From: Malacoraja senta
Taxonomy: Eukaryota
Assembly: GCA_038087875.1 (NCBI GenBank)
Contig: CM075989.1
Location: 11,098,001 to 11,162,000 of the forward strand
DNA: 64,000 nucleotides
Reading direction: 5' to 3'
The position numbers and the translations under genes are program-made. How positions within the stretch are numbered: the first letter of the stretch is position 1; every line of letters starts with the position of its first letter. Shown here in pieces: positions 25,244 through 38,235 of this stretch. The notes under the pieces were generated by a model. That model did not search any database and was not told the DNA's origin. It saw only the letters and a list, made by a program, of their open reading frames with translations.

Positions 25244-25790
25244 ATTCTCTCTTTCTTTCTCTCTCTGTCCCTCTATTATACTTCTTCCACTTTTTTCTCT
25301 TTCTTTTCCCTCCCTATCTCACTCTCACACCCTCACACACACACACACACACACACTCTCATACTCTCACACCCTCACTCTCACACTCTCACTCTCACAC
25401 ACACACTCTCACACACACACTCTCATACTCTAACACTCTCATACTCTAACACTCTCATACTCTAACACTCTCATATTCTAACACTCTCACACCCTCACAC
25501 ACACCCTCACACACACACTCTCACACTCACACACACTCTTACACCCTCANNNNNNNNNNNNNNNNNNNNNNNNNNNNNNNNNNNNNNNNNNNNNNNNNNN
25601 NNNNNNNNNNNNNNNNNNNNNNNNNNNNNNNNNNNNNNNNNNNNNNNNNNNNNNNNNNNNNNNNNNNNNNNNNNNNNNNNNCACTCTCACACTCTCACAC
25701 CCTCACACACATACACACCCTCACACTCTCACACCCTCACACACATACACATACACACACTCACACTCTCACACCCTCTCTCTCTCTTTA
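25244..25790. repeat. Complex (CT/CA)n microsatellite spanning an N gap (25550-25681)
   Basis: cacactct and catactctaacactct units seen directly. Confidence 0.9.
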
Positions 25791-25830
25791 TTTTTCGGGC
25801 TGGACAAAGAACGTGTCATTGGGCCAACGG

Positions 25831-26229
25831 AAGAAAAGCCAAGGGATCAGCTACTGGTGAGCAGGACTGGAAACCGGTGATTGGACAGAGCTTTGTTTTC
25901 TCAGCTTACGGTAGCTGTGAGTAAATGCTTCCCTCGCTGGGCACGCCGCCCGAGGGGATTCTCCATCCTTGACCACTGACAGCTGACATTCGTGATGTTT
26001 GGGAAGAAACAAGCGCTGACATATTCCACTGAGTTCAACTAATATCCTGTACCTGACGCACAGAAGGGGGGAAAAGCAGAATAAACGATGAGCAGTGTAG
26101 AGCCGAGGTTGGCTGCTTGGGTTGGATACACTCCTGGAAGGTTCACTACTGTAAGCTGAGAAAACAAAGCCTTGTCCAGTCACAAGTTTCCAGTCCTGCC
26201 CACCACAAGCTGATCTCTTGGCTTTTCTT
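25831..26229. repeat. Long inverted repeat: 84-bp arms, 231-bp spacer
   Basis: 25831-25914 is the reverse complement of 26146-26229 with about a dozen substitutions and no indels. Confidence 0.85.
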
Positions 26230-28459
26230 TCTCAACGAGACTAAAAATATAGTTATTGCTGGATTCAAATTTCCTACCCTACCACAAAGTCTTCACTTGC
26301 TGTCAAGCACAATGGAATCTTCAAAACAATTTGTGAGAAATGCTCTGGGAATGCCCTTGTAGTCTCTGCTCTGTCCCTGTGCTTCCTCCATGGCTTTGTC
26401 CCAAATATATCTATATGTGGCTTTTTCCTACGTAAACTGGAAACATGGTCTTCTCAATTCAATTGCCCGATTTCAAACACTATTAATACCCCAACTCTTG
26501 TACACCCCAGAATAATGTTTAGAGAGACATCATGCAAACAGGCCCTTTGGCCCACCAAGTCCACGTCGACCATCACTCACCTGTCCACACTAGTTCTATG
26601 TTATGCTGCTTTCTCGCCCATTCCCTACACACCCAAGGCAATTTTGCAGAAGCCAATTAACCTACACGTCTTTGGGATGTGGGAGGAAACCAGACCACCC
26701 AGAGGAAACCCACAGGGTCACAGGGAGAATGTGCAAACTCGTCACAGACAGCACCCTGGGTCAGGATCGAACCCAGTTCTCTGATGCTGTTGGGAAGCCG
26801 CTATATACCAGCTGCACCACTGTGACGCCTATTATTTAATGTAATAAATAAATATATTTAAGAAAAATGCTTGTAGTCCATCGTCTTCCTCTGGAGTTGG
26901 TTCTAGAGGGACCCTTAATCCCTAGGTCGCTTGAGCATGGCGGAGGGGGTGGGCAACTTGCCATCCCATCTGAAGCAGTAGGTGTGGTTCACCATTAATT
27001 AACAACCAGCTCCTTCAATTCTTCCAAGCACGTTCCGTAACCAAAAGCAAAACACTGACAACTTGTGGAACAAATGCCAAAATTAAAACCATGGATAAGC
27101 AATGCATTTGTTTACTCCCGTTAAACTGAGCACCCATCTTCACACTCCAACAAGCATGAACGATCATTACTTTGACGAAGAGCAGGGGCACTCTCTCTGG
27201 TGTTCCAGCTAAATATCCATTCCTTCACCCAATCTCCCTCAGAACAAAATAGTTCTGAGTTTTGCTGAACGTGGGAAATTTCTGTGCAGCATTTCCTACG
27301 GTAGAACAGTGACCATTCTTCAAAGATGTTTCATTAGCTAAATGGGACTGGGGAATGTTGCAATATCATGAATGTACTATAGAAATGCAGCCCGACCTTT
27401 TGCTGTTAAAACCTGCATCAGATACGGTTTGAGAAACTAAACCTTCCTGCATGTCCAAAGGCACAACCTTTGACTCATCGATAAGCGGGCAGGAAATTCA
27501 CAGGCTGTCTGAATTTCTGCCTGATGTAATATTTCTATCTTTTGGAGATTTCCTCCTGGAAGCTTTGCCAGATCCCTCTGCAGGAAGAGGATGCTACACA
27601 ACAATGGTGAACTTGGCTTCGAAGGCATCCCGTATGTAGCAGTAGGAGCTCACAGGAAGAAAGATCACGTCAGTTTGATGGGGGACCGTTGGAACATTCA
27701 ACCATTCCATTGCTGCCTCTAAACTTGGCTCTTCCAGTAAACGTCTGGCTGCCCTCCTTCATTCTCATCTCCATAAAATTGAGCTTGTTCAAATCCTTGC
27801 TGCCTAGCTCACCCTGTTGATCCATCCTGAGTGGCAGGGGTTATATGGAGAAGGCAGGAGAATGGGATTAGGAGGGAGAGATAGCTCATCCATGATTGAG
27901 TGGCGGAGTAGACTTGATGGGCCAAATGGCCTAATTCAGCTCCTATCCCTTATGACCTTATGATCCCATCTCAGCTCAATGACCACTTCTCACACCGACT
28001 CACTTCTCCGCAAGAGAATAAAATCTCTTGACGGCGGTAGCATAATCTAATTTAAGTTCAAGTAACTGATTTTATGACCATCAATTTCCCACTAAGGTCC
28101 TATCCGGTACTCTAATGTTCGTCAGGTAAGAAATTCGGCCTTAATTGTGACTAAACATGTACCAATGTAGATGATTCTTGTCTTCCCTCTGAAATGGTCC
28201 GTCCAGCCATTTAATTCAAGAGTAATTAGGTTGCTGGCTTCGTCAGGAACTTCCACATCCCACAAACAAATTCAATGACTGTACAAGTAACAACAGAACC
28301 AAAGATATGGGGAACAATGCACTAATAAAAGACAATGCGTTATCTGCTGGTTCATCAAGAATTAGGCAAAAGTTCCTGGCCACTTTGCCAACACTGGTTC
28401 ATGACACCATTCTTGCTCCACACAACCCCTTCCAATCCATTAAGCATATAACTATATAG

Positions 28460-28930
28460 TACAGATATTGGCCCCTACAGCCTGTCCTATCCACAACAAT
28501 TGTGATGCCTATCCAATCTAATCCCATTTGCCAGCATTAGTCCTGTACCTCTCTGTGCCTTTCCCATCCAAGTGCCATTGTAATCCTATCTGCCTTCATT
28601 ATTTGTTCAGGCAGCACATTCCAGATATTCACCTCCCTCTGTGAAACAAACGTACCCCTCACATTCCCTTTAAAATGTCTTCCCTCTCACCTTAAGCATT
28701 AGGTGTCCTCTAATGCTAGACACCCCTGCCCTGTGAAAAAAATACTCTGTCCTATCTGAACCCCTCATCATTTTATAAAACTCTATTGAGTCTCTCCTCA
28801 GCCTCTTACATTTCAAGAAGGATAAACCCAGCCCATCCAAATACCTACAGCCCCCATTCCAGGTAACCTCCTGGTAAATCTCATCTGAACTCTCTCTGTT
28901 GCTACCACTTCCTTCCTGTGGTGTGACAAC
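28460..28930 (-). mobile_element. Degraded CR1 3' remnant
   Basis: Minus ORF ...LGLSFLKCKRLRRDSIEFYKMMRGSDR...RGH. Confidence 0.65.
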
Positions 28931-30920
28931 TGAAAGGCAGATACATTTACGGCACACTCTCAAACTCGATTCTGCTTGGCAGTAATAGAGTTAAGAAATA
29001 ACATAAGATCCAAAGATCTATTCTGGGTACAGTCCCATCCATGGCAAATTGGAACAGCTGCCTCTTGGCTGAGCTCATTCCAGCCTTCGGTCTTTGCATC
29101 TTCTGGAGAATAATATATAATTACTCCTCTCAGGGACTTCTTTATAAATTAAATAATGGAGCCGAAATTTTATAAAGGAACCAATTTCTCCCCATGTCAG
29201 TTTAAAAACAAAGATATTTCAAAGAATGCCTCCACTCTCTGAAGTCACCAACTTCCATGCGAGGAACTTGCTATTTATTTGTGAAATTACCAAATGAGAA
29301 AAAAGTCTGAAAAATAATGAGAGAGAAAGGACATGCTAATGAGCAAATGTACTGACAGATTATTGCAGTTTGTCGAATAGGGGAATGAATATGATCCTTG
29401 TTAAAGTCTCAGTCACTCTGTTGTAGCAAAGATACCATTAAGCTGGAAGGAGTGCAGAGATGATTTACGAGGATATTGCCAGGACCTGAGCTATAAGGAG
29501 AGCTCGGGCAGGCTAGGACTTTATTCCTCGAAGTACAACATACTGAGCGGTGATCTTATGGAGGCGTATAAAATCATAAGGGCAATGTCCCCTGACCTAC
29601 GCGAGATTCCCTCTGAATCGACCTCCATTCTGTTGGCCCCTGTCCAGCCATGATACGCTGACCTTTTCTCTCAGCCCTTGAACCAATCAACAGAGTAAGT
29701 ATCTCCTCTGGTGATGTGTCCAGACAATGGGTACAGCTTTATACACATGAAGGTGCAGAAATCCAAAATAACACCCTCCAAAATATTTAAAGATAAGGTT
29801 CAATTGAAAATTTCCAAACAGAGATTGATCAAGAGTATTAGGGGAAAGGCAAGTTGATGTAGCGAACAGACAGGTCAGGCATGATCTCACTGAAAACAGA
29901 ACAATCCCCTTCTGTTCCTAATTGCAAGGCAATAGGCATGTTTGAAGAGCCTGTACACCTGTTTTTACTGCAACTAATATTTTCATCACACTGAAATGAG
30001 ACACTACTCCCATTCATCAAACTTGGTGCAATCCTGCTAAGTATGTTGAGTCCTACAGTAACATTTCCTTGGATCTCACATGAAAGAATGCACTGAATTA
30101 AATAACAGTCGAGTACTGACATGTAAGGATAGAGAAAAAAAGGACAGTGCCGAAATAAAAAGGAAATACGGTTTTCAGGGGCTGGAAAAATGTAAGTGGG
30201 GAGAGTCACAGGGTCAGAGGATCAGTGAATGGATGAGAGTCAGAGGGGGCGAGAGAGTGTTAATGAGAGATTCAACTGGGAAGCCTACATTTTATCAGCT
30301 TTTAATAAAGTATGTAAGTGTCAAGTTAGAAGGTCAGTGACCTCAGCAGACAGAACCGGAGGGGAGAGGAGATGAACATTGTTAGGAAATGAGCTGTTCT
30401 GGTCTGGGATGTGGTGCCTGAAAGGACAGTGGAAGCAGGTTGAACAAGGACTGTTGAAAGGATTGCTGGAGTAACACAGCGGGACAGCATCTCTGGTGAA
30501 GATGGAGAGGTGCCGTTTTGGGTCGGGACCCTTCCTCAGACTGGTTAAAATTGTGGTATCATATTTTAAAGGGAAGCAAGGCAGTCGGGAAGACAAATGG
30601 AGTGAGTCGAGCTGGAGAGCTCACTTGCATAGACAACAGAGGCCCAATGGGGTGAATGGCCTGTGGAACGATATAATATTCTGACATGATCACACCAATA
30701 ATTGGCTGAGTGCATTCAGCAGGCCAACACGGACATCTGTCCTGAATGCACTCTGGGCAGATTGTGAGAAAGTGTATGTTCAGAGCTGTTGGAATAACCG
30801 TTTCCAGGCAGGAGGCAGGGGGCAGGGGTCAGGGGGCAGGGGGCCACGTGTTTCCTCTCAGCTGCAGCCCGGTAACATAAATACAATCAGACAACAGCCA
30901 CATTCCCAGCGTCTTCTTAC

Positions 30921-31128
30921 CGGATACACCACACACTCGGTTCTCACTGGAGCTCGTCTTCTTCAACCTGTCCACAAGTTCCTCTGACCATTGGGGGTCT
31001 CGAGTCCCTTCCATTTCTGGGGCATGTCGCTTGTAAATGACATGAGGTTGCATGGCAGTGGCCTCCCTGGGCTGTCTCTCCAACGGCTCAATGAAGTAAT
31101 CCTGCTCCGACAGTCTGAACACACCTTT
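30921..31128 (-). CDS. ADAMTS7: ADAMTS7 exon 3 (prodomain): KGVFRLSEQDYFIEPLERQPREATAMQPHVIYKRHAPE...ENRVCGVS
   Basis: Acceptor tctcttcag|AAA, donor TCCG|GTAAGA, 208 nt (phase 0 to 1). KGVFxLSxxDYFIEPL and QPHVxYKR match ADAMTS7 better than ADAMTS12 (recalled TGFFQLPHGDFFIEPV). Confidence 0.95.
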
Positions 31129-31649
31129 CTGAAGAGACAATTGAAGAACCTCAGGTCACATCATTCATTCCTTTATACAGAGCCCTCTCACCAGCCTGGG
31201 GCAATGTGAGCAGGGTAATTTAAACACAGTGACCATGTCAATATTGAACAGAAAGATTCCACATACAACACAATAGTTTCATCGATTAAGAACAGATGAT
31301 GAGAACACTGCAGGTTCCATCATTCTTCTAGTTGTGCAATAACTCCTACATCGCCAAAACAATTTAATGTACCAGATAAAATATAAGCATTTTTTGATTG
31401 AACGGTTTCCTCAGTATTGAGCTGGGTGCACTCACCGAGTGTGACTTAATTTTGTTTTCCTCCTGAACACCCAAGACTCAGGGGTCTATGTGCACGAGAA
31501 ACAAGAACATGCATTTAGGGAGCACCGACAACACCCAGAGTCTCACCTACATCGGAAACCAGTGATATTTGTAGCCAACATAATAGTTACCTTGATGGCA
31601 ATAAGAGCCCGCGGGACAAGGCGGCAAAAAAACATGGAATACATTTTTC

Positions 31650-33005
31650 ATAAGACTTAGGAGTAGAGCTACACCTCCTCCATTAATAAGACTAACTTTC
31701 CATCCTATATCTGCTTTTCTGCTACCTCCACTTATCTCTCAATTCTTTTGGTGCCCAAGAACCTCATACTTGAATAAATATCAGCAACAAAGCATTCCAG
31801 AAGCTTAGAATGAAGAAACTTCTCCTCATCTCATTCCAAATGTCCAAGTTCTGTTCCTGAGACCATGCCTCTAGCTCAGATTCACCAGCAGAGGAAAGAG
31901 CCTCACATCACCTACCTGTGAATCTCAAATGTTTCCATGGGAACACATCTCATTCTTCTAAACTGCAGGGGGAACACGCGAATCCTACACAGCCCCACTC
32001 ACAGGGCAATCTCACCATTCAGCTACTAGATCTATGTTACATGGTGTCCATGAAAAACCTATCCCTTCCTTTGTATGGAAACAAACTTCACACAACATTC
32101 CCGCTCTGCCCTCAAAGTCCTCCACAAATCCATTTTCTAACCCCTCATAATTAAGATTAATGCACCAGTCATCTTCTAAACTGCACATTAACTTTCACCA
32201 TCTGATGAAGCTACGTCCCTCCATTCAATAACATTTACTAATTTCTTGCCATTTACAAAAATATTCTTGTTTTTCAGGGTTTCCTGCCAATATGGATAAA
32301 GCATCAACCACCTTCTCACCCCTCTTTGATCCATCTTCCACTGAAGCCCTTCTCACAGTTAACCCTTCCCACCTAACCATTTACACAGTGAATGCATTGC
32401 ACCATGTTTTTATAAGTCACTGATTGTAAATAGGCAGGAACCCTGTGCTGGTCTTTGTGGCTCCACTATGACCATTTCCCCAATCCTCCATCTACACTGG
32501 AATGTTCTCACCCTACATTTTTTTAAACATTTTCCTTGACAATAGACTTTTGTAAGGGACCTTCTGATTAGCTTGGAAAATCCAGATTCAGTATATCTAA
32601 TCGTTCATGCTGACTCCTGCTAGCTGCATAATGAAAACAAACCACAGGACTTGTCAAATGCAATTTCCCTTTCATAAAACTATGTTGAACTCTGTCTAAT
32701 TATATTATGATTTTCTAAGTTCCCTCTTACCACTTCCTTCCTTCTTAATGGATTCCAGTATTTTCCCAACAACCAAGGATAACTGCCCCGTAATTCCCTA
32801 TTTTCTCTCTTCATTGTTGAACTGATACCTCTAACTCTGTTCCAAAACACCAGTGGTTTTGGAGAACATTGGACAATGCATCCAAAATCCCCCAAACTGT
32901 CTCTCTTAGAACCCTGCCAGGCAGGCCATCAGGATCAGGGGGCTTTTCTGCTTTGGATCCCTTTAATTTCACTAGTATTTTACTAATAGTTATGTTCTTC
33001 ACTCT
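31650..33005 (-). mobile_element. Degraded CR1-like LINE remnant
   Basis: Minus ORF 32811-33020 AEKPPDPDGLPGRVLRE (KAPGPDG-like); CR1-type 3' sequence toward 31650-31900. Confidence 0.55.
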
Positions 33006-33009
33006 CTTT

Positions 33010-34935
33010 AGACCCATCAAATATAGTTTTGATTAGGAAGAACACCGTACAGCACTTAGAGAGGATATTCCTGGGGGACTGTTTCGCGGGGCAACGTGGA
33101 TGGAATTGAGAAATAAGATGGGGGTGATCACAATGATGGGAATGTACATTAGCCCCACAATAGTCAGAGGGAGTTAATGGAGGAAATAAATAGGGAGATC
33201 ACAGATAACTATAAGAGTAATAGGAGTGTAAGAGTGGTGGATTTTAACTTTTCAAATATTGGCTGTGACTGCCATGTTGCTAAGGGCTTGGGGTGAATTT
33301 TGCTCAGTGTGTTCTGCAAAGGTTTTGCAATCTGTATGCAGATGGCCCTATTAGAAAAGGCGAAAAACTTGACCTCCTCAAGGTCAAAGCAGGGCAGATG
33401 ACTTAAGTGTTGGCGGTGGAGCACATAAGACCAGTGAGCATAATATATATTTTTAATAATCATGGAAAAGGTTAGGACTGGTCCAGAAGTTGAAGTCCTA
33501 AATTGGGGCAAGTCCAATGTTGATGGTATTAGCCCGGAAATTTGGGTAGTTGACTAGGGGAGACTGCTTTCAGGTAAAAGGTAAAGGGGAGGCTTTTAAA
33601 CGTGAGATAGTGAGAGTTCAGGGCCAGCAGGCTCCTGTTAGAATAAACGTCAGTGGTAGAGAATCCTGGATGACCAGAGATATTGAGGCTCTAATCAAGA
33701 AAAAGAAGGAAGCATATGTCAGGCATAGGCAGCTGGGATCAAGTGAGCCCCTTATGGAGCATTGGGGACATAGGAGTATACTTAAGAGGGAAATCAGGAA
33801 GGCAAAAAGGCATGAGATCGTTTTGGCATATGAGGTAAAGGAGAATCCAAATATATTCTAAAAGAGTATATTAATGGAAGAAGAATAACTAGGGTGAAGC
33901 TAGGGCTGCTTCAAGATCAACAAGATCGTCTATGTGTGGAGGCACAGGAGATGGATGAGGTGTTTAAGGAATATTATTTAACTGTGGAAAGGCATAGATG
34001 CAAGGGAACTCAGAGAAGTTAACAGTGTTTTCTTGAAGAGAGTCCACATTATAGAAAGGGAGGTACTGGATCTTAAAACTCATTAAGGCAGATAAATTCC
34101 CCGGACCCGACCAAGAGTATCCTAAAACATTGCGGGAGGCTATGGAAGAATTTGCAGGGGCTCCTGGCAGAGATACTTGTCTCATTAATAACCACAAGTG
34201 AGGTGCCAGAAAACTGAATGTTGTGCCCCTTTTTAAGAAAAGCTGCAAGTAAAATCTTCAGAACTACATAAAGGTAGGTCGTACACGAGTGGTTGGTAAG
34301 TGATTCTGAGAGACATGATCTACATGCATTTGGAAAAGCAAGGAGTGGTTGTGGATTGTCAGCAGGGCTTTATATGTGGGAAATCATGTCTTGCAAATTT
34401 CATAAGAGTTTTTTGAAAAGGTGGCCAAGATGATTGATGAGGTCAGTGTAGTAGATGTTGTCCACATGGACTATAGGATGAATAGATCACATGAGATCCA
34501 TGGCGAGCAAGTCAATTGGATACAAAATTGGCTTGAAGGGAGGAAGCAGAGGATGGTGGTAAAGAGTTGCTTTTGTTTGCTGTTTGTTTTTTAGTGTGTA
34601 TATATGTGTGCGTGTATATGTGTGCGAGAGATTTTTTTTTCTCTCTCGTTTATTATATTGTTTATAGTGTACAGTGTTTACATATTCTGTTGTGCTGCTG
34701 CAAGTAAGAATTTCATTGTTCCATCTGGGACATATGACAATAAAACATTCTTGACTCTCGACTCCCTGTTCAGAGTGTAACGCTGGGATTAGTGTTGGGT
34801 CAACTGTTATTCATTATTTATATTAATAATTTGTATGTGAATACAGGCAGCATGATTAGTAAGGTTGCGGACGACAATGAAATTGGTGTATAGTAGATGG
34901 TGAAGAAGGTTATGTATAATAATAACCCAATCTTT
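33010..34935 (+). mobile_element. Long degraded CR1 ORF2 remnant (endonuclease to RT), interrupted by another LINE tail at ~34565-34765
   Basis: Fragmented ORFs (WMTRDIEALIKKKKEAY...LKREIRKAKR...VKENP; KFPGPD-like at ~34094) with many stops and frameshifts. Confidence 0.75.
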
Positions 34936-34959
34936 ATAACTGCGTCGATGGCTCATTAA

Positions 34960-35205
34960 AGAGCCTGTTCCACTTGGTGATTTTTTTGCCGACTGCCGGC
35001 ATCATTCACTGACGTATCAGGGTCGCCAAAAGATTTTGAACATTTCACAATCCAGCGGCAACAAAAAAAATGTTGCGACACTTGAGGAAACACCGTGCGT
35101 CAATACGTCATCACGCAGCGTCACGCCGCGACTTTTTCAGTGACCTGATACGTCAGTCAATGATGCCGACAGTCGCAGAAAAAATTGTCAAGTGGGACAG
35201 GCCTT
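34960..35205. mobile_element. MITE / non-autonomous DNA transposon with ~65-bp TIRs
   Basis: Ends agagcctgttccactt ... aagtgggacaggcctt; TTAA on both sides (34956-34959, 35206-35209); CpG-rich interior. Confidence 0.8.
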
Positions 35206-37365
35206 TTAATCACCTCACTCCCTCTTTAAGAACTTCCTTGAAGTCAAATCGATGACTAAACTCTTGCTCATAAAATCAGTTCTCCTGGCCAGGGAAGATT
35301 AATTTTTGATTTGTCGTGGCAAATTACAATACACAAACAGAATTCAAATCAGTCTTCGCCAAGCCATCTTCTGACAGCAATAATGAATTTGTATTACCAG
35401 GCCAATCGTCCCACCTCTGGGCAAGGCAGCAACACCTGCTGCTTTGAAATTCCTGGGATATGTGATGTGATTGTTCCCACTGGGGGATCCAGCCAAAGCA
35501 CCTGATGGGTGTTGAGGAGTGAATGTTTACGATTTATCCATGATTCACTTCCACTGAAACTCAAGGTGCCTTTAACAAGCTTTTAATTCAGCGGAATTAT
35601 GTTGTCTGCAGCCATCCTGCATCTAAGAGGAAGCATTAGGTTTGGGAGGTATTCCATATGAGGTTGAATCATCTTCTCCAACAAAGCTTTTCTATCAATG
35701 TATAGCCAAGTTCATAAATTGAGATGGGAGACTCAAAGAATTGCAGATGCTGGAATGTTGAGTAAAATACAAAGTGCTGGAGTAATCTTGCAGGTCAGGG
35801 AGTGTCTGTGGAGGGAATGGATTGAGTTTGAAGAAGAGCCCCAATCCAAAACATCGCCTATGCATTCCCACCGCAGATGCTGCCTGTCCTGAGTTTCACC
35901 AGCACTTGGTGTTTTGATGATAAATTGAGATCATACAATATCTTATGCCATTCAATTTTCTATTCTAGTTTAAAATCCTCATTTACACCTTTACTATTTT
36001 GCCACTTTACCAAACTTTTGTCCTCTTTGCCAACTGGTTCTCTCTCCCAACAAACAGCCATTTCAATCCCAAACTCACTGGCTGTTTCCCTTCATTCAAT
36101 ATAACCAAAAAATACATATTCGATAAGGTCAATATTACAGCTGTTTGCAGAGGTTGTGTGCAAACTGTGTACATCACAGGACTGATGACGTCAAGAATAT
36201 GCCATTGCTAGTTGTAAAACTCTTGGGGTGGTCCTTTAGTTGTGAAAAGAGCCACATAAATGCAATTCTGTCTCTTCTTTCTTCACTAATGAATAGTTTA
36301 ACAGCCAGTGTAACTGATTCTGACTACCACCTAACCACTGTTGCTGGTACAGTGCATCAAGTCACATCCCATTACTGCTTGTTACTATCACAGGGAGGAG
36401 GGCAGGTGTCACACTGATGTAAACTCTAAACACACAGCTAGTTTTGTTGGCTCTGAGCACACATTTTACTGAGCTGGAGTCGATTCAACAACGCTCTGAG
36501 AGTCCTGTTGGAGCCATAATTGGTTCACTGAGACAGATACAGCCAACAGCAAGTTTTGTAAATGTTAAAGTCAAACTGGGCAGCTAATCTTCATTCCTCG
36601 GGACAAATAAAATAAGAAACCAGAAACTGTTTCGACCATAAATGATCAAATGAAGTAAAACAGAGCTGCAAGTTTCAAGTTAAAAATAGTAACATTTATA
36701 GTCGATGTGCAAACATCATAACATGCTGCCTAATTCCACACAGAATCTTAAAGACAGAACTTGCATTGCTATGGCATGTTCACAATATCACAATGGTCCA
36801 ATATGCTTTACATCTAATTAAATCCTTTTGAAGTGTAGTCACGACTGTGATATAGGATGCATAGCATGGTCCTTCATGTAACTTTCTCTGATTTTAGTGC
36901 TGTTGGTTAATGTTGTATAAACACTGTGGGGACCTTGAGTGGGTTCTTCAGAAAAAAACTCAAGCAAGGCATCTGCTAACAACATGAAATGTTTAATGCA
37001 TTATCTTAAATTCAGTGCGGTGGAATCTGTCACAAATGGCTGAGAATGCAGAAAGGGGGCATCATTTACCCTTCAGTGTAGCAGTGTCTCAATGCCAGCA
37101 AACAAGAATTTGCATTCAAATTCTGGTGCAGGACTTAAACCCATTATCTTCTCTGTAAGGACCAAGCTACACCCAGCAACCTTACTGACATTGAAATAAG
37201 TACACATGAGAAGAAATCTTGAGCTCACCGTTAGTTCACTCTCGTCAAGAATCTCCAATCCCTACTGCAAACTGTTGTATGTATTTCTATGCTTTTTGCC
37301 CCACTGTTTACTCTTGCAAGTTGAAGATTATGTGCAGTGGCAACTCTGATTGAAGAAGTTCCGTA

Positions 37366-38235
37366 AGGTAGAAACAAGGAACTGCAGATGCTGGTTTACA
37401 CAAATGGTCACAAAGTGCTGGAGTAACTCAGCGGGTCAAGCAGCATCTCTGGTGAACATGGATAGGTGATGTTTTCGGGTTGGGATCCTTCTTCAGATTA
37501 ATTGCAGGGGTGGAAGGAAAAGAAAGCTAGAAGATTGGGAGAGCAGGACAGAACATGGCAGGTAATAGCTGGACACAGGTGAGGGGGGATTTTAATAGGC
37601 AGAAGATTGGAACAAAGGCCAGAGATTAGAGCAGAAGGTGAACAACAGACAGGTTGAGGAGTTGCAAAGTGTGAAGCATGAGAAAGGAGTGTAGGAGGAG
37701 GAGCGGAAATAAATAGGTGCAAGTCCAGGTGGGGCAAGGGGGGGGAGGAGGGGGGGGGAGTGGGGGGAAGGGGGAATTGTTAGAAGTTACCTACACTTGG
37801 AGAATTCAATGCTCATACCATTGGGTACTCAAGTAGAATACGGGGTACTGTTCCTATAGTTTGCCTATGGCAATGGTGGAGGCACAGGAAACAAGGTCAG
37901 TATAGGAATGGGAAGGGGAGTTGAATCAGTTTGCAACTGAGAGAATCAGTAGGCCTTGGTGAACTGAGCGCAAATGTTCAGTGAAATGGTCACCAGGTAC
38001 GGGATGATGCGACTGCTGGTGGGGTCGCATTGGGAGTAATTGGGTCATGTATACTACAACCTGGCTTGTAGTATACATAGTCTGTCCCCTGTGATGGAGG
38101 CAGAGATCAAGTAAAGGGAGAGAGGTCAGAGGTAGTCCAGGTAAATTTGAGAGCAGGGTGGAAGTTAGTGGTGAAGTTAATGAAACTAACAAGTTCTGCA
38201 TGGGAGCAGGAGGCAGCCCCGATGCAGTCATTCCT
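37366..38235 (-). mobile_element. Degraded Penelope-like element (RT/GIY-YIG remnants and terminal repeat)
   Basis: Reverse strand resembles 8800-9225 (DHFTEHLRSV remnant, terminal repeat 37366-37497 with CTGAAGA...GAAA). Confidence 0.75.

Noticed and set aside
750-37500. Selection against gene-sense hammerheads in ADAMTS7 introns
   Set aside because: All minus-sense copies carry lesions, but most plus-sense copies do too, and the sample is too small.
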